A stretch of DNA of 64,000 nucleotides. Origin: Alistipes sp. (GTDB lineage Bacteria > Bacteroidota > Bacteroidia > Bacteroidales > Rikenellaceae). Position numbers and translations under genes: made by a program. Shown here in pieces: positions 46,263-55,981 of the stretch. The stretch covers positions 75,471 to 139,470 of the forward strand of contig JAZOPR010000014.1 of assembly GCA_045655685.1 (NCBI GenBank). The letters run 5' to 3'. The first letter of the stretch is position 1, and every line of letters begins with the position of its first letter. The notes under the pieces were generated by a model. That model ran no database searches. It worked only from the letters and a program-made list of their open reading frames with translations, and was not told the origin of the DNA.

Positions 46263-48521
46263 GTGACTCTCTATGCACATATCGTGTTGCCCCTGGCGCA
46301 ACCTTCGTTCACCTTCTCGGCAGAGGGTGAGCTGGCGGAGCATTTGCGTGAGGGTCAGGCAGTTGTGGTGCAGTTGGGTCCGCGAAAAATCTATACGGGC
46401 ATCGTGTGGAGCATCAGCTCGGAGCGCCCGCAGTTCCGCACCAAACCGATCCAGCGAATCCTCTATCCCGAGCCTCTGCTGTCGGCCGAGCAACGCCGTC
46501 TGTGGGAGTGGATTGCCGACTATTATATGTGTACGGTGGGCGAGGTGATGCGCGCCGCGCTGCCGTCGAAGATGAAACCGAGCGGAATGTCCGACGAGGA
46601 GTTTGCCGAGGACGAATTTCGTGTGGCGACCGAGCGGGCGGTGTCGCTGGCTGTGGCTCTGCGCTCGCAAGAGGCTCTGAATGAGCAGTTTGAACGATTG
46701 ACGCGCCGTGCACCGAAGCAGTATGCCGCACTGTTGGAGATTGCCGAACGACTCACCGATTCGGGTTTCGAGGGCGAGGTACGCACACGCACGTTGCGGG
46801 CCGATGCCGCCGCACTCAAAGCGTTGGCTGACAAGGGGTTGATTGAGTTTCACGAGCGCGAACGCGAGGCCGGATTTGGCTCCGATGAGGCGTGCGCGGC
46901 GTTGCCGACCCTGTCCGAGGCGCAGACCGAGGCTCTGCATTCGATCGAGGAGCAACACGGCTCCAAACGCTGTGTGCTGCTGCACGGAGTGACGGGCTCG
47001 GGTAAAACGGAGATATATATTCACTTGATTGATAAGGCGTTACGCGAGGGCGGCGACGTTGTGATGTTGGTGCCCGAGATTGCACTGACCGAGCAGTTGA
47101 TTTCGCGCTTGCGTCGCTATTTTGGCGACCGCGTGGTGGCCTACCACTCGAAGCTGACCGACACCCGCCGAACGGATATCTACCTGCGTCTGTTGCGTTC
47201 GGCGGCGGGTCGATTGATTGTCGGCACGCGCTCGGCGTTGCTGTTGCCGCTGTCGCACCCGAGGCTGGTGGTGATCGACGAGGAGCACGACGCGAGCTAC
47301 AAACAGAACGATCCCGCACCGCGCTACAATGCCCGCGATACGGCGGTTGTGGCGGCCTCGATGTACGATGCGCGGGTGGTGATGGGTAGTGCGACGCCCT
47401 CGATCGAGAGCTTTATGAATGCACATCGAGGCAAGTATGGATATGCTTCATTGACAGAGCGTTATGGCGGTGCGCAGATGCCCCGAATCATCATTTCGGA
47501 TACGCTGCGAGCGGCCAAACGTGGCGAGCGTCACGCCCATTTCAACAAGGCTCTGCTGGATCGTGTGAGCGAGGTTTTGGAGCGTGGCGAGCAGGCGATG
47601 TTGTTCCAGAATCGACGCGGTTTTTCGCCCTATGTCGAGTGTACCGACTGCGGTCGCGTGGTTGAGTGCCCGCACTGCAATGTGTCGCTCACGTATCATC
47701 GCCCGAATACGCTGCGTTGCCACTATTGTGGTCATTCTCAGCCACTTCCCGAACATTGTCCGTCGTGCAAGGTGGCCGATGTGACGTTGCGTGGTTTCGG
47801 CACGGAGAAGGTCGAGGAGGAGTTGGCACAGATCTTCCCGAAGGCTCGTATCGACCGCCTCGATCGCGATAGTGCCTCGTCGCAACGTGCTTTCAATGAG
47901 ATAATTAGACGTTTCGAAAGCGGATCGACCGACCTGCTTGTCGGAACGCAGATGATAACCAAGGGATTCGATTTCTCGCGCGTGAGCCTGGTCGGAATTC
48001 TCAATGCCGACAACCTGCTCAACTATCCCGATTTCCGATCGTCGGAGCGCGCGTTCCAGCTCATCACGCAGGTGGCAGGACGTGCCGGACGTCGCGAAAA
48101 AATGGGCGAGGTCATTGTGCAGACTTCGCAACCGCTGCACCCCGTGATCCGTCAGGCTGCCGAGGGTGACTACCTCTCGATGGTCAATACTCAACTGCGT
48201 GAGCGTGAGGCGTTTCACTATCCGCCATACGCCCACTTGATCAGCGTCACGATGCGTCACCGCGACCCGCAGTTGTTGCGTGCGGCGGCCCGTCAGCTGG
48301 GTGTTTCGTTGCGCGAGGTGTTCGGTCGTCGTGTGCTCGGCCCGCAGTCGCCCCCCGTTGATCGAATCAATGGGGTCTATATCCTCGCTTTTCTGCTGAA
48401 AATCGAAACGTCGCTCTCGTTCACGCGCGCCCGAATGCTGCTCCGCGAGCAGATCGACGCAATCCGCCAACAGAAGGATTGGAGCACGATCAATATTTAC
48501 TGCGATGTTGATCCTCAATAA
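46263..48521 (+). CDS. priA: Primosomal replication-restart helicase PriA (probable GTG start)
   Basis: Starts VTLYAHIVLPLAQP. Contains Walker A GVTGSGKTE, VIDEEHD, and the Cys-rich zinc region CTDCGRVVECPHCNVSLTYH...CHYCGHS...CPSCK. Confidence 0.9.
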   Translation: MTLYAHIVLPLAQPSFTFSAEGELAEHLREGQAVVVQLGPRKIYTGIVWSISSERPQFRTKPIQRILYPEPLLSAEQRRLWEWIADYYMCTVGEVMRAALPSKMKPSGMSDEEFAEDEFRVATERAVSLAVALRSQEALNEQFERLTRRAPKQYAALLEIAERLTDSGFEGEVRTRTLRADAAALKALADKGLIEFHEREREAGFGSDEACAALPTLSEAQTEALHSIEEQHGSKRCVLLHGVTGSGKTEIYIHLIDKALREGGDVVMLVPEIALTEQLISRLRRYFGDRVVAYHSKLTDTRRTDIYLRLLRSAAGRLIVGTRSALLLPLSHPRLVVIDEEHDASYKQNDPAPRYNARDTAVVAASMYDARVVMGSATPSIESFMNAHRGKYGYASLTERYGGAQMPRIIISDTLRAAKRGERHAHFNKALLDRVSEVLERGEQAMLFQNRRGFSPYVECTDCGRVVECPHCNVSLTYHRPNTLRCHYCGHSQPLPEHCPSCKVADVTLRGFGTEKVEEELAQIFPKARIDRLDRDSASSQRAFNEIIRRFESGSTDLLVGTQMITKGFDFSRVSLVGILNADNLLNYPDFRSSERAFQLITQVAGRAGRREKMGEVIVQTSQPLHPVIRQAAEGDYLSMVNTQLREREAFHYPPYAHLISVTMRHRDPQLLRAAARQLGVSLREVFGRRVLGPQSPPVDRINGVYILAFLLKIETSLSFTRARMLLREQIDAIRQQKDWSTINIYCDVDPQ

Positions 48522-49236
48522 GTTACGTCGTGCGCTGGGCGACCTCCATGCACTCATTTTCCCACCCGTATGCCCCGTTTGCAACGCCACAATGCGCGAG
48601 GGTGAGCAGGTGGTTTGCAACCGTTGTCGCGTCGCGATGCCAATGACCGGCTACATCGGCCACCTGGACAACGCAATGGAGCGACGACTGTGGGGATTGG
48701 TGCCCTTTGTGCAGGCGTCGGCGCTGTTTTTCTACATCGAAGGAAGTCCCTATCGTCGTGTGATTCACGCATTTAAGTATGGTTCGAAGTGGCGTCTTGC
48801 CCGCGATATGGGCGAGTGGCTGGGTGGTGAAATGGCTCGCTCGCGGGCGTTCGAGTCGGTCGATGTGATTGTGCCCGTGCCGCTGCATCCGTTGCGCCGA
48901 ATGTGGCGCGGTTACAACCAATCGGAGCTGCTTGCCGAGGGCATTGGGCGGGTGCTTGGGCGCGAGGTCGATTGCCGTTCGCTGTGTCGCACGCGCTACA
49001 CAACCTCGCAGACCCACCGCACCAAAAACGAACGCTGGGACAATGTTCACGGGCGATTCGAGGTGCGCCGTGGGGCACAGTTTGCGGGTCGTCACGTGTT
49101 GTTGGTCGATGACGTATTCACCACAGGAGCAACCATTTGTGCCTGCGCTGAGGCGATTCTGAGTGTGGCTCCCGACTGTCGAATCAGCATTGTGACCTTG
49201 GCCGTTTCGCAGCGAGAGGTGGCGGATCTGTTTTAG
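48505..49236 (+). CDS. comF: ComF-family phosphoribosyltransferase-fold protein
   Basis: 243 aa with the N-terminal zinc finger CPVCN...CNRC and the PRT motif VLLVDDVFTTGAT. Overlaps the priA stop by 17 nt. Confidence 0.8.
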   Translation: MLILNKLRRALGDLHALIFPPVCPVCNATMREGEQVVCNRCRVAMPMTGYIGHLDNAMERRLWGLVPFVQASALFFYIEGSPYRRVIHAFKYGSKWRLARDMGEWLGGEMARSRAFESVDVIVPVPLHPLRRMWRGYNQSELLAEGIGRVLGREVDCRSLCRTRYTTSQTHRTKNERWDNVHGRFEVRRGAQFAGRHVLLVDDVFTTGATICACAEAILSVAPDCRISIVTLAVSQREVADLF

Positions 49237-49259
49237 AGAAATTTTTGCTTTCAAGATGT

Positions 49260-49335
49260 GCGATTTCTGCAAGAAATCGTCATACGCGGCGGCGCCCGCG
49301 ACTGAAAGTCGCGCCGCCCCCCGCCGCCGCGTATG
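49260..49335 (-). repeat. Nested GC-hairpin element, CATAC class, copy 3
   Basis: GCGATTTCTGCAAGAAATCGTC followed by arms CATACGCGGCGGCG and CGCCGCCGCGTATG, which are perfect. Two base pairs differ from copy 1, with changes on both arms. Confidence 0.85.
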
Positions 49336-49378
49336 CTCTCGTTCGACAGCCGAATATTTGCCTAAATTGCAACAAAAA

Positions 49379-49409
49379 GCCACGCCCAAACCGAGCGTGG
49401 CGCATTTTT
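49379..49409. terminator. Bidirectional terminator between the convergent comF and recO genes
   Basis: Stem GCCACGC/GCGTGGC with a 9-nt loop. An A-run lies upstream and GCATTTTT downstream. Confidence 0.6.
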
Positions 49410-49427
49410 GAATTTTGATTACCGACC

Positions 49428-50153
49428 TTAAAACACCTCTCTCAGGATCTCGATCGAGCGCACGCGGTGGATTGCGTCGAGGTGGTAACCGAAGTAGATC
49501 AGCATCGAATTGAGGAACTCGACACGCGAGGTGCGGTTCAGTCCGATCGTCGCAAGCTGGCTCACATCGCACTCGACAAAGCGGTTGAACAATCGCGCAT
49601 TTGCCTGATTCATAGCCACTCCGTGCAATGGCGGTGTGGTGACATAGATGCCCTCGCGTATATCGAACCAGCTCCCCTCGCGGTACTCGTTGCCGGGGAA
49701 GAATCCCAAAAATCGGCTCAATCCGACCATAAACCACAGGTGAAAATTGGCCACGCCCTCCTCCAATGCGTCGAGCGCCTCGACCGAGTGCCAGACGAAA
49801 TCGAACAGGGGCGAATTGGGTTCCGACTCCTTGATCAGGCGGTAGATCACCTCGGCCATAAACATCGCGATGGTCGATTTGCGCACGTCGAAGGGCATCG
49901 ATTGCAACGGAAAGTCGAGCACCGCCTCGCGAAAGCGATGCATCTCGGTGCGTGGCGACTCCAAACCCTCGATCGAGAGCGGAAACATCGGCTGCAACAG
50001 AGCCATCTTGTTGCTGCGGCTCTTGCCCGACCCCACGCCTCCGACCATATAGGTCTGGCGGCCGAGCGTGTCGGTCAGCAGGTATGCCACGACCGATTTC
50101 TCGCCGTAGCGCACCGTGTGGAGCACGATTCCGCGCGTCTTGTAGCTCTTCAT
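49428..50153 (-). CDS. recO: DNA repair protein RecO
   Basis: 241 aa with an OB-fold N-terminus, MKSYKTRGIVLHTVRYGEKSVVAYLLT, and family-typical length. Confidence 0.85.
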   Translation of the reverse strand: MKSYKTRGIVLHTVRYGEKSVVAYLLTDTLGRQTYMVGGVGSGKSRSNKMALLQPMFPLSIEGLESPRTEMHRFREAVLDFPLQSMPFDVRKSTIAMFMAEVIYRLIKESEPNSPLFDFVWHSVEALDALEEGVANFHLWFMVGLSRFLGFFPGNEYREGSWFDIREGIYVTTPPLHGVAMNQANARLFNRFVECDVSQLATIGLNRTSRVEFLNSMLIYFGYHLDAIHRVRSIEILREVF

Positions 50154-50173
50154 TGCAGGTTGTGGGTGGGAGG

Positions 50174-51004
50174 TTATCGCTTAATGCAACGCATTACAGC
50201 CCAGCCATTTCGGAAGCGGGCGCCGTCCATCTCGATGCCAAATTCGGCAGCTCGCAGACGCACATCCTCGACGTCGCGCTCCAAAATTCCGCTCATATAC
50301 AGCTCGCCGCCCTCGCGCAGAGTTGCCGCATAGCGGGGCATATCGGCGATGAGGATATTGCGGTTGATGTTGGCCAGAATGAAGTCGTACTGCTTGCCCT
50401 CGATGGCCGATGCGTCGCCCAAAATCGGCACAATACGATCCGAAACGCCATTCTGCGCGATGTTCTCGATACAGTTTTCGTAGGCCCAATCGTCGATATC
50501 GACCGCATCGACACGCTCGGCGCCGAACTTCGCCGCGATGATCGCCAGCACGCCCGTGCCGCTACCCATATCGAGTCCCACTTTGCCCGTGTAGTCGCGA
50601 CCGATCATCTCGCGGCTCATCAGGTATGTCGTGGCGTGGTGTCCCGTGCCGAACGACATCTTGGGCATAATGACCACTTCGAGCATATAGTCGGGCTGTG
50701 CGGGGTGGAACGGCGCGCGAATCATAATCTTACCCTCGACATCGACGGGAGTGAAGTTGCTCTCCCACAGCGCGTTCCAATTCTGCGTTTCGATCTCGAT
50801 GTAGCGTGCGCCCTCGATACCGTAGTCGGCCAGCAGCGCATCAACTTGCGCCATACAATCGACCAGGCGGTCGCGTTGGATATATGCTTTGAGCGATGCG
50901 CCCTCGTTTTCGAAACTCTCGAAGGGCCACTCGGCCAGCTCGGCAACCAGAATTTCCGACTGCTCGGCCGACGTGCAAGGAATATTGAGTTCTACGTAGT
51001 CCAT
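50174..51004 (-). CDS. prmA: Ribosomal protein L11 methyltransferase
   Basis: 276 aa containing MSFGTGHHATT, LDMGSGTGVLAI and ILANI. Confidence 0.9.
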   Translation of the reverse strand: MDYVELNIPCTSAEQSEILVAELAEWPFESFENEGASLKAYIQRDRLVDCMAQVDALLADYGIEGARYIEIETQNWNALWESNFTPVDVEGKIMIRAPFHPAQPDYMLEVVIMPKMSFGTGHHATTYLMSREMIGRDYTGKVGLDMGSGTGVLAIIAAKFGAERVDAVDIDDWAYENCIENIAQNGVSDRIVPILGDASAIEGKQYDFILANINRNILIADMPRYAATLREGGELYMSGILERDVEDVRLRAAEFGIEMDGARFRNGWAVMRCIKR

Positions 51005-51081
51005 ATATTTGATAAATTTTTCGTATCTTCGCAGTTGTCAGAGCCGTTTTTGGCTTTCCGACCCTCAAAGTTACGAGTTTT

Positions 51082-51993
51082 ATGGCAGATTACAGCAGAA
51101 ATTGGCAGGAAATTTTGCGTCGCTACCGCGTCTATGTCGCCGTCGAGAAGCGCTTGTCCGAAAATACGGTCGAGGCCTATATGCGCGATGCCGAGCGATT
51201 GGCCCAATTCTGCTCGTCGCTCCCGCAACCGATCGGTCCCACGCGCGTTACAACGCAGACAATCAACGAGTTTATGGCACAGCTGTTCGATCGCGGACTC
51301 GAATCCCGTTCGCAGGCGCGTGTGCTCAGTTCGTTGCGCAGTCTGTTTGGATTTATGATGCTCACCGACCAGATCGACGAGTCGCCCATCGACGCTATCG
51401 AATCGCCCAAAATTGGTCGTCATCTGCCTGATGTACTGTCGGTTAGCGAGGTCGATTCGATCATCGAGGCCATCGACCCCACCACCGAACTCGGCATTCG
51501 CAACCGAGCTATCATCGAGATGTTGTACAGTTGCGGACTGCGTGTGACGGAGCTGGTCGAACTGCGTTTCGAGGACATCGATTTCGACGAAAATCTGGTG
51601 CGCGTGACGGGCAAGGGCGACAAGCAACGCTTTGTGCCTCTGGGAGATATGGCTCGACAACGCTTGGAGGCCTACCTGAGCTATCGCAAGCAGGTCGAGG
51701 CTGCGGACCGTAAGAGTGCCAGCACCATTTTTCTCAATCGACGAGGCTCGAAACTCACTCGCGTGATGATCTTCACGATGATCCGTCAGGCGGTCGCAGC
51801 GGCCGGTATCGACAAGACGGTCAGCCCCCACTCGTTCCGCCATAGCTTTGCTACTCATCTACTTATGGGCGGTGCGGACATTCGACAAGTGCAGGTTCTG
51901 CTCGGTCATAGCGACATCACGACGACCGAAATCTATACCCACCTCGACTACGACCACCTGCGCCGTGCGGTCGAGGATCACCTCCAAATCTGA
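51082..51993 (+). CDS. xerD: Tyrosine recombinase XerD
   Basis: 303 aa with an N-terminal SAM-like core-binding domain (LSENTVEAYMRDAERL), R..HxxR (HSFRHSFATHLL), and LLGHSDITTTEIYTH carrying the catalytic Tyr. Confidence 0.85.
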   Translation: MADYSRNWQEILRRYRVYVAVEKRLSENTVEAYMRDAERLAQFCSSLPQPIGPTRVTTQTINEFMAQLFDRGLESRSQARVLSSLRSLFGFMMLTDQIDESPIDAIESPKIGRHLPDVLSVSEVDSIIEAIDPTTELGIRNRAIIEMLYSCGLRVTELVELRFEDIDFDENLVRVTGKGDKQRFVPLGDMARQRLEAYLSYRKQVEAADRKSASTIFLNRRGSKLTRVMIFTMIRQAVAAAGIDKTVSPHSFRHSFATHLLMGGADIRQVQVLLGHSDITTTEIYTHLDYDHLRRAVEDHLQI

Positions 51994-52001
51994 CCACGGC
52001 G

Positions 52002-53486
52002 ATGAACCCTCTGCCTGCGCGACCACCGATGCTTGTTCTGCTTGTCGCTTTTGCGGCGGGCGTGGCAATCGGGGTGTGGGCGCGAGTGCCGTTGTGGTGT
52101 GCAATCATTTGTGTAATAGCGTTTTATCTGCTTTCGCTGAGGCGCTCTCGGGCGGCCGATGTGGCTCTGCTTGCGGCATTTGCGATGGCGGGAGTGGCGG
52201 CTGCACGGAGCGAATATCGACACTCGTCGCCACCGATTGGCGAGCCCGTCGAGATGTTGCTGACCGTTGATGAAAATCCGACCGATCGCGGCTCGTGGTT
52301 GCAGGCGTCGGCAAAGTTGAATTGGTATCGTACCGATGCCGACAGCGCCTGGCACCGAGCCGACCGAAGGGTTCTGCTGGCGAGCGATACCGCGACGCAA
52401 CTCTCAGCAGGTGAACGCATTGCGATTGTCGGTCGGGTGCGCCCGCTGGCCGATAGTGCCAATAGTTACGTGCGGTTGATGCAGGCTCGCGGGTACGTTG
52501 GGCGAACGTCGATTTACGCCACGACGCCGCTGGTTCGGGTGGGTGATGCGGGGTCGATCACGCGCCTTTCGCGCAGGTTGCAACGGTGGGCTGTGGAGCG
52601 TCTGCGGGCGAGCCGGCTGACCGGCGACAGGCTTGCACTTTGCACCGCGATAGCAACGGGAAAACGCACCACGATGAGCGCACAACTGCGTGAACACTAC
52701 ACACTTAGCGGCTCGGCACATCTGCTTGCGGTGTCGGGTCTGCACGTGGCGATTGTGCTGGTCGTAGCGAATATTTTGTTGCGTTGGCTGACCCTTTTCC
52801 GACGTGGAAACCAACTCCTGAATTTGGCTGTCGTGGCGGTCGTTTGGGGCTATGTGGCGATGACGGGTTTGGCGATCAGTGCGGTGCGTGCGGCGCTGAT
52901 GTTCAGCGCGTTACAATTTGCAATGGCGAGCGGATCGAGCTACCGTTCGGCTAACATTTTGGCTACGGTTGCGATGGTGATGCTGGCGGTGCGCCCGTCG
53001 CTCATCGTTGATGTCAGTTTTCAACTCTCGGTTGTCGCCGTTGCGGCCATAATCTATTGGGCTGTACCGCTTTGCGCGCATCTGCGCACTCGAAATAGGA
53101 TACTCAACCTGCTGACCTCGACCGTGGTGATTGGCGTGGTCTGCACGCTGGCAACCGCACCGCTCGTAGCGCACTGGTTTGGTCGTGTGGCGGTGGTGGG
53201 CGTGGTGCTCAATCCGCTGGTTGTAGTGCTGGGTTATCTACTTGTCACTCTGTCGATTGCGACCATATTTGTGCCGACCTCCTGGGGCTTTGTGGCACGT
53301 GCGGCGGGGGTGATTGCCGAGGCCGAAAACCGATCGGTGGCGGTGGCTGCCCAACTCGATTGGGCGCACTTCACGCTGAGCCTCGATTGGTGGAGCGTGG
53401 TGATAATTTATGCCCTTGCGATCGCGATTACCGAGCTTGCACGGCGCAATCCCCGAAAAAAATCGTTATCTTTGCCCTACGTATGA
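52002..53486 (+). CDS. comEC: ComEC/Rec2-family membrane protein (no metallo-beta-lactamase domain)
   Basis: 494 aa with an N-terminal DUF4131-like region and a competence domain containing LSGSAHLLAVSGLHVAIV. Polytopic. Confidence 0.8.
   Translation: MNPLPARPPMLVLLVAFAAGVAIGVWARVPLWCAIICVIAFYLLSLRRSRAADVALLAAFAMAGVAAARSEYRHSSPPIGEPVEMLLTVDENPTDRGSWLQASAKLNWYRTDADSAWHRADRRVLLASDTATQLSAGERIAIVGRVRPLADSANSYVRLMQARGYVGRTSIYATTPLVRVGDAGSITRLSRRLQRWAVERLRASRLTGDRLALCTAIATGKRTTMSAQLREHYTLSGSAHLLAVSGLHVAIVLVVANILLRWLTLFRRGNQLLNLAVVAVVWGYVAMTGLAISAVRAALMFSALQFAMASGSSYRSANILATVAMVMLAVRPSLIVDVSFQLSVVAVAAIIYWAVPLCAHLRTRNRILNLLTSTVVIGVVCTLATAPLVAHWFGRVAVVGVVLNPLVVVLGYLLVTLSIATIFVPTSWGFVARAAGVIAEAENRSVAVAAQLDWAHFTLSLDWWSVVIIYALAIAITELARRNPRKKSLSLPYV
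53467..53474 (+). promoter_or_regulatory. -7 promoter box TATCTTTG inside the comEC 3' end, 9 nt upstream of the next ATG (leaderless-type arrangement)
   Basis: Exact TAnnTTTG match. The ATG is at 53483. Confidence 0.4.
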
Positions 53487-54670
53487 CATTCGACGAGCTT
53501 GACATATTGCTGCGCGAGGAGGTGCAGGCGGCAATCGAGGCCAACATCGAGCGTGATCCGCTCCGTGTGGCGCTCGATCGGTCGGTTGTGTCGGCGTCGG
53601 CGGTGGCCTCGGCGGTGAAATATCTGCAACGTGCGCGACGCAAATTGCCGTCGTATTATGAGGCGCGATGCATCGTTCCGCAGCGCGCTTTCGAACAGTC
53701 GTCGAGCGAGGATACGGCAGCGCATAAACGTGGCGAAGGTGCTCATTGTCTTGATCTTACGTGCGGATTGGGTGTTGATGCCTACTACCTTTCGAAGCGT
53801 TTCGCAAGGGTCACGACCGTCGAGCGCGATGAGGTGCTGGCGGCCATTGCGCGCGAGAATTTCCGACGTCTGGGTGCGACCAACATCGAGGTGGTGTGCG
53901 GCTCGGCCGAGGAGGTTGTGGCGGCGGCCGAGGAGGGTACGTTCGACCAGATCTATGCCGATCCCGACCGTCGTGCGGCCGATGGACGACGACAGGTGTT
54001 GTTGGAGTGCTGCTCACCCGATGTAGCGATGTTAATGCCTAAATTACAACAACTTGCGCCGCGCGTGGTGATCAAAAACTCGCCCTTGTTCGATGTTGCC
54101 GAGGCCGAACGACTGTTTGGCGAGAGGTGTCGAGTGGAGGTGGTTTCGCTGGCGGGCGAATGTAAGGAGGTGATTGCCGAGTGGGATAAATCGTACACGC
54201 ATAACACGCTGACAGCCACCGCAATAGGCCTTGGTGAATTCAGTTGCCCGAGCGATGCACGTGTGGCCCCGACCTTTGCCACCGATCCTCGTTCGGCGCG
54301 CTATCTGCTCTCGCCCGACGTGGCTCTGCGCAAGGCACGACTGAGCGCAACCTACTTTGCTCAGGTGGCTCCCGACGCACGGGCCTGCACGGCTGACGGC
54401 TTCTACCTTGCGGATCAACTGCCCGAGGGTACATCGTTAGCGCGTGTGTATGAGATAGTTACGGCTCAGCCTTTTGCCCCCAAGCAACTCAAACGCGAAT
54501 TGGCACGCCGTTCGATACGTCGATTGACGGCACTCAAACGCGACCTTGCCCTCTCATCGACTGAGATCTGCCGACGCTTGGGCGTCAGCGAGGGTGGCGA
54601 GCTGTTGATGGCCTTCACCGAGTGTGGCGGCGAGGTGTGGGCAATTGAAGTGAAAGAACTCACAAAGTGA
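53483..54670 (+). CDS. Class I SAM-dependent methyltransferase with a THUMP-like C-terminal domain
   Basis: About 395 aa from MTFDELDILLREEV. SAM motif CLDLTCGLGVDAYYL, then VTTVERDE and IYADPDRR. The ATGA overlaps the comEC stop. Confidence 0.7.
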   Translation: MTFDELDILLREEVQAAIEANIERDPLRVALDRSVVSASAVASAVKYLQRARRKLPSYYEARCIVPQRAFEQSSSEDTAAHKRGEGAHCLDLTCGLGVDAYYLSKRFARVTTVERDEVLAAIARENFRRLGATNIEVVCGSAEEVVAAAEEGTFDQIYADPDRRAADGRRQVLLECCSPDVAMLMPKLQQLAPRVVIKNSPLFDVAEAERLFGERCRVEVVSLAGECKEVIAEWDKSYTHNTLTATAIGLGEFSCPSDARVAPTFATDPRSARYLLSPDVALRKARLSATYFAQVAPDARACTADGFYLADQLPEGTSLARVYEIVTAQPFAPKQLKRELARRSIRRLTALKRDLALSSTEICRRLGVSEGGELLMAFTECGGEVWAIEVKELTK

Positions 54671-55971
54671 TGATAAAGAGGATTATACGTTTCTTGACGG
54701 AGGACTTTTTCCACCTGCGCGAGGAGGAGGTCGAGAACCGCTTTCTGCGTTGGTCGCTGCGTCAATACAAGCTGCTCTACTACACCGCACGTGGCGTGGT
54801 GGAGCACGACACGCTGACCCGTTCGGCGTCGCTCACATTCTACACGCTGATGGCTCTTGTGCCGCTGGCGGCGATCATTTTTGCGGTGATGAAGGGCTTC
54901 GGAATGGCCGAAAACCTCACCAACGAGCTCCACGCCGCGCTGCCGCAGTTCCCCGAATTTATCAACTACATCGTCGGTTTCGCCAACAACGCCCTCGCAC
55001 GTACGCGCGGTGGCCTGCTCGCAACGCTCAGTGTGCTGATGTTGTTTTGGGCGGTGATGAGGGTCTTTGCGTCGATCGAGTCGGCGTTCAACAACATCTG
55101 GGAGGTCAAACGCTCGCGCGGTTTCGCTCGTCAGTTTAGCGACTATATCGCTGTGGTTGTGATAGTTCCCGTGCTGTGGCTCTCGTCGAGTGCCGTCATT
55201 CACAACCTCCACGAATGGTTCGGAATCAACGACTCGACCTTCTATCACATTTGGACAAATGTGGTGTCGGTGGTGCTCATCTGGGGTATGTTCACCTTCG
55301 TCTATATCGTGCTGCCCAACACCAAAGTACGCTTTACGAGCGCCCTCACGGCTGCGCTGGTCTGCGGTTCGGTCTTTCTGCTCTTTCAGTGGGCCTACAT
55401 CGCGCTGCAATCGTCGATGAGCGCCTATAACGCCATCTATGGTAGTTTTGCCGCGCTGCCACTGTTTCTCATCTGGTTGCAGACGAGCTGGCAGATTGTG
55501 CTTTTCGGCGGCGAGCTTGCGTTCGCTTATCAGAATATCAAGAAGTTCGAGCAGGAGCGCGAATCACTCCATATCAGCCACGAAAATCGCCGTAAGGTGA
55601 TGTTAGCCACGATGTTAGTCATCACGCGCTCGTTCACCTCGGAGCAGGGTCCGCTCTCTTCCGACCAGATCAGTCAGCGCCTGAACCTGCCTCTGCGAAT
55701 CGTGCGTGACGTGATTTTCGAGTTGGAGCAGGCGGGTTTGATCCACCAGGTCAAGTGGGACGAAAACGACAAAGTTGCCTACTTTGCGCCCGCCAAAGAT
55801 GTGCACAACATCACCATCTATGACGTGATCACGACCGTCGAACAGCACGGCGAGGAGAGTGTCGATATCCTCGAAAGCGAGGAGGTGCGTGCCGTGTCCA
55901 CACAGCTCGATGCGATCATCGACGAGGCGATGCACTCGCCTAAGAATCTGCCATTTACCGAAATCAAATAA
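54670..55971 (+). CDS. YihY/BrkB-family membrane protein with a C-terminal winged-helix (Rrf2-like) extension
   Basis: The core has six TM helices (SLTFYTLMALVPLAAIIF..., YGSFAALPLFLIWLQTSWQIVLFGGELAF). The following roughly 130 aa include LSSDQISQRLNLPLRIVRDVIFELEQAGLI. Confidence 0.75.
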   Translation: MIKRIIRFLTEDFFHLREEEVENRFLRWSLRQYKLLYYTARGVVEHDTLTRSASLTFYTLMALVPLAAIIFAVMKGFGMAENLTNELHAALPQFPEFINYIVGFANNALARTRGGLLATLSVLMLFWAVMRVFASIESAFNNIWEVKRSRGFARQFSDYIAVVVIVPVLWLSSSAVIHNLHEWFGINDSTFYHIWTNVVSVVLIWGMFTFVYIVLPNTKVRFTSALTAALVCGSVFLLFQWAYIALQSSMSAYNAIYGSFAALPLFLIWLQTSWQIVLFGGELAFAYQNIKKFEQERESLHISHENRRKVMLATMLVITRSFTSEQGPLSSDQISQRLNLPLRIVRDVIFELEQAGLIHQVKWDENDKVAYFAPAKDVHNITIYDVITTVEQHGEESVDILESEEVRAVSTQLDAIIDEAMHSPKNLPFTEIK

Positions 55972-55981
55972 CTTAAATCAT

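Noticed and set aside
51082-51993. The tyrosine recombinase as an integrase marking a mobile element.
   Set aside because: It has host-like GC, canonical XerD length and motifs, and housekeeping neighbours (prmA, comEC). It lies more than 10 kb from any low-GC islet, so it is interpreted as chromosomal XerD.
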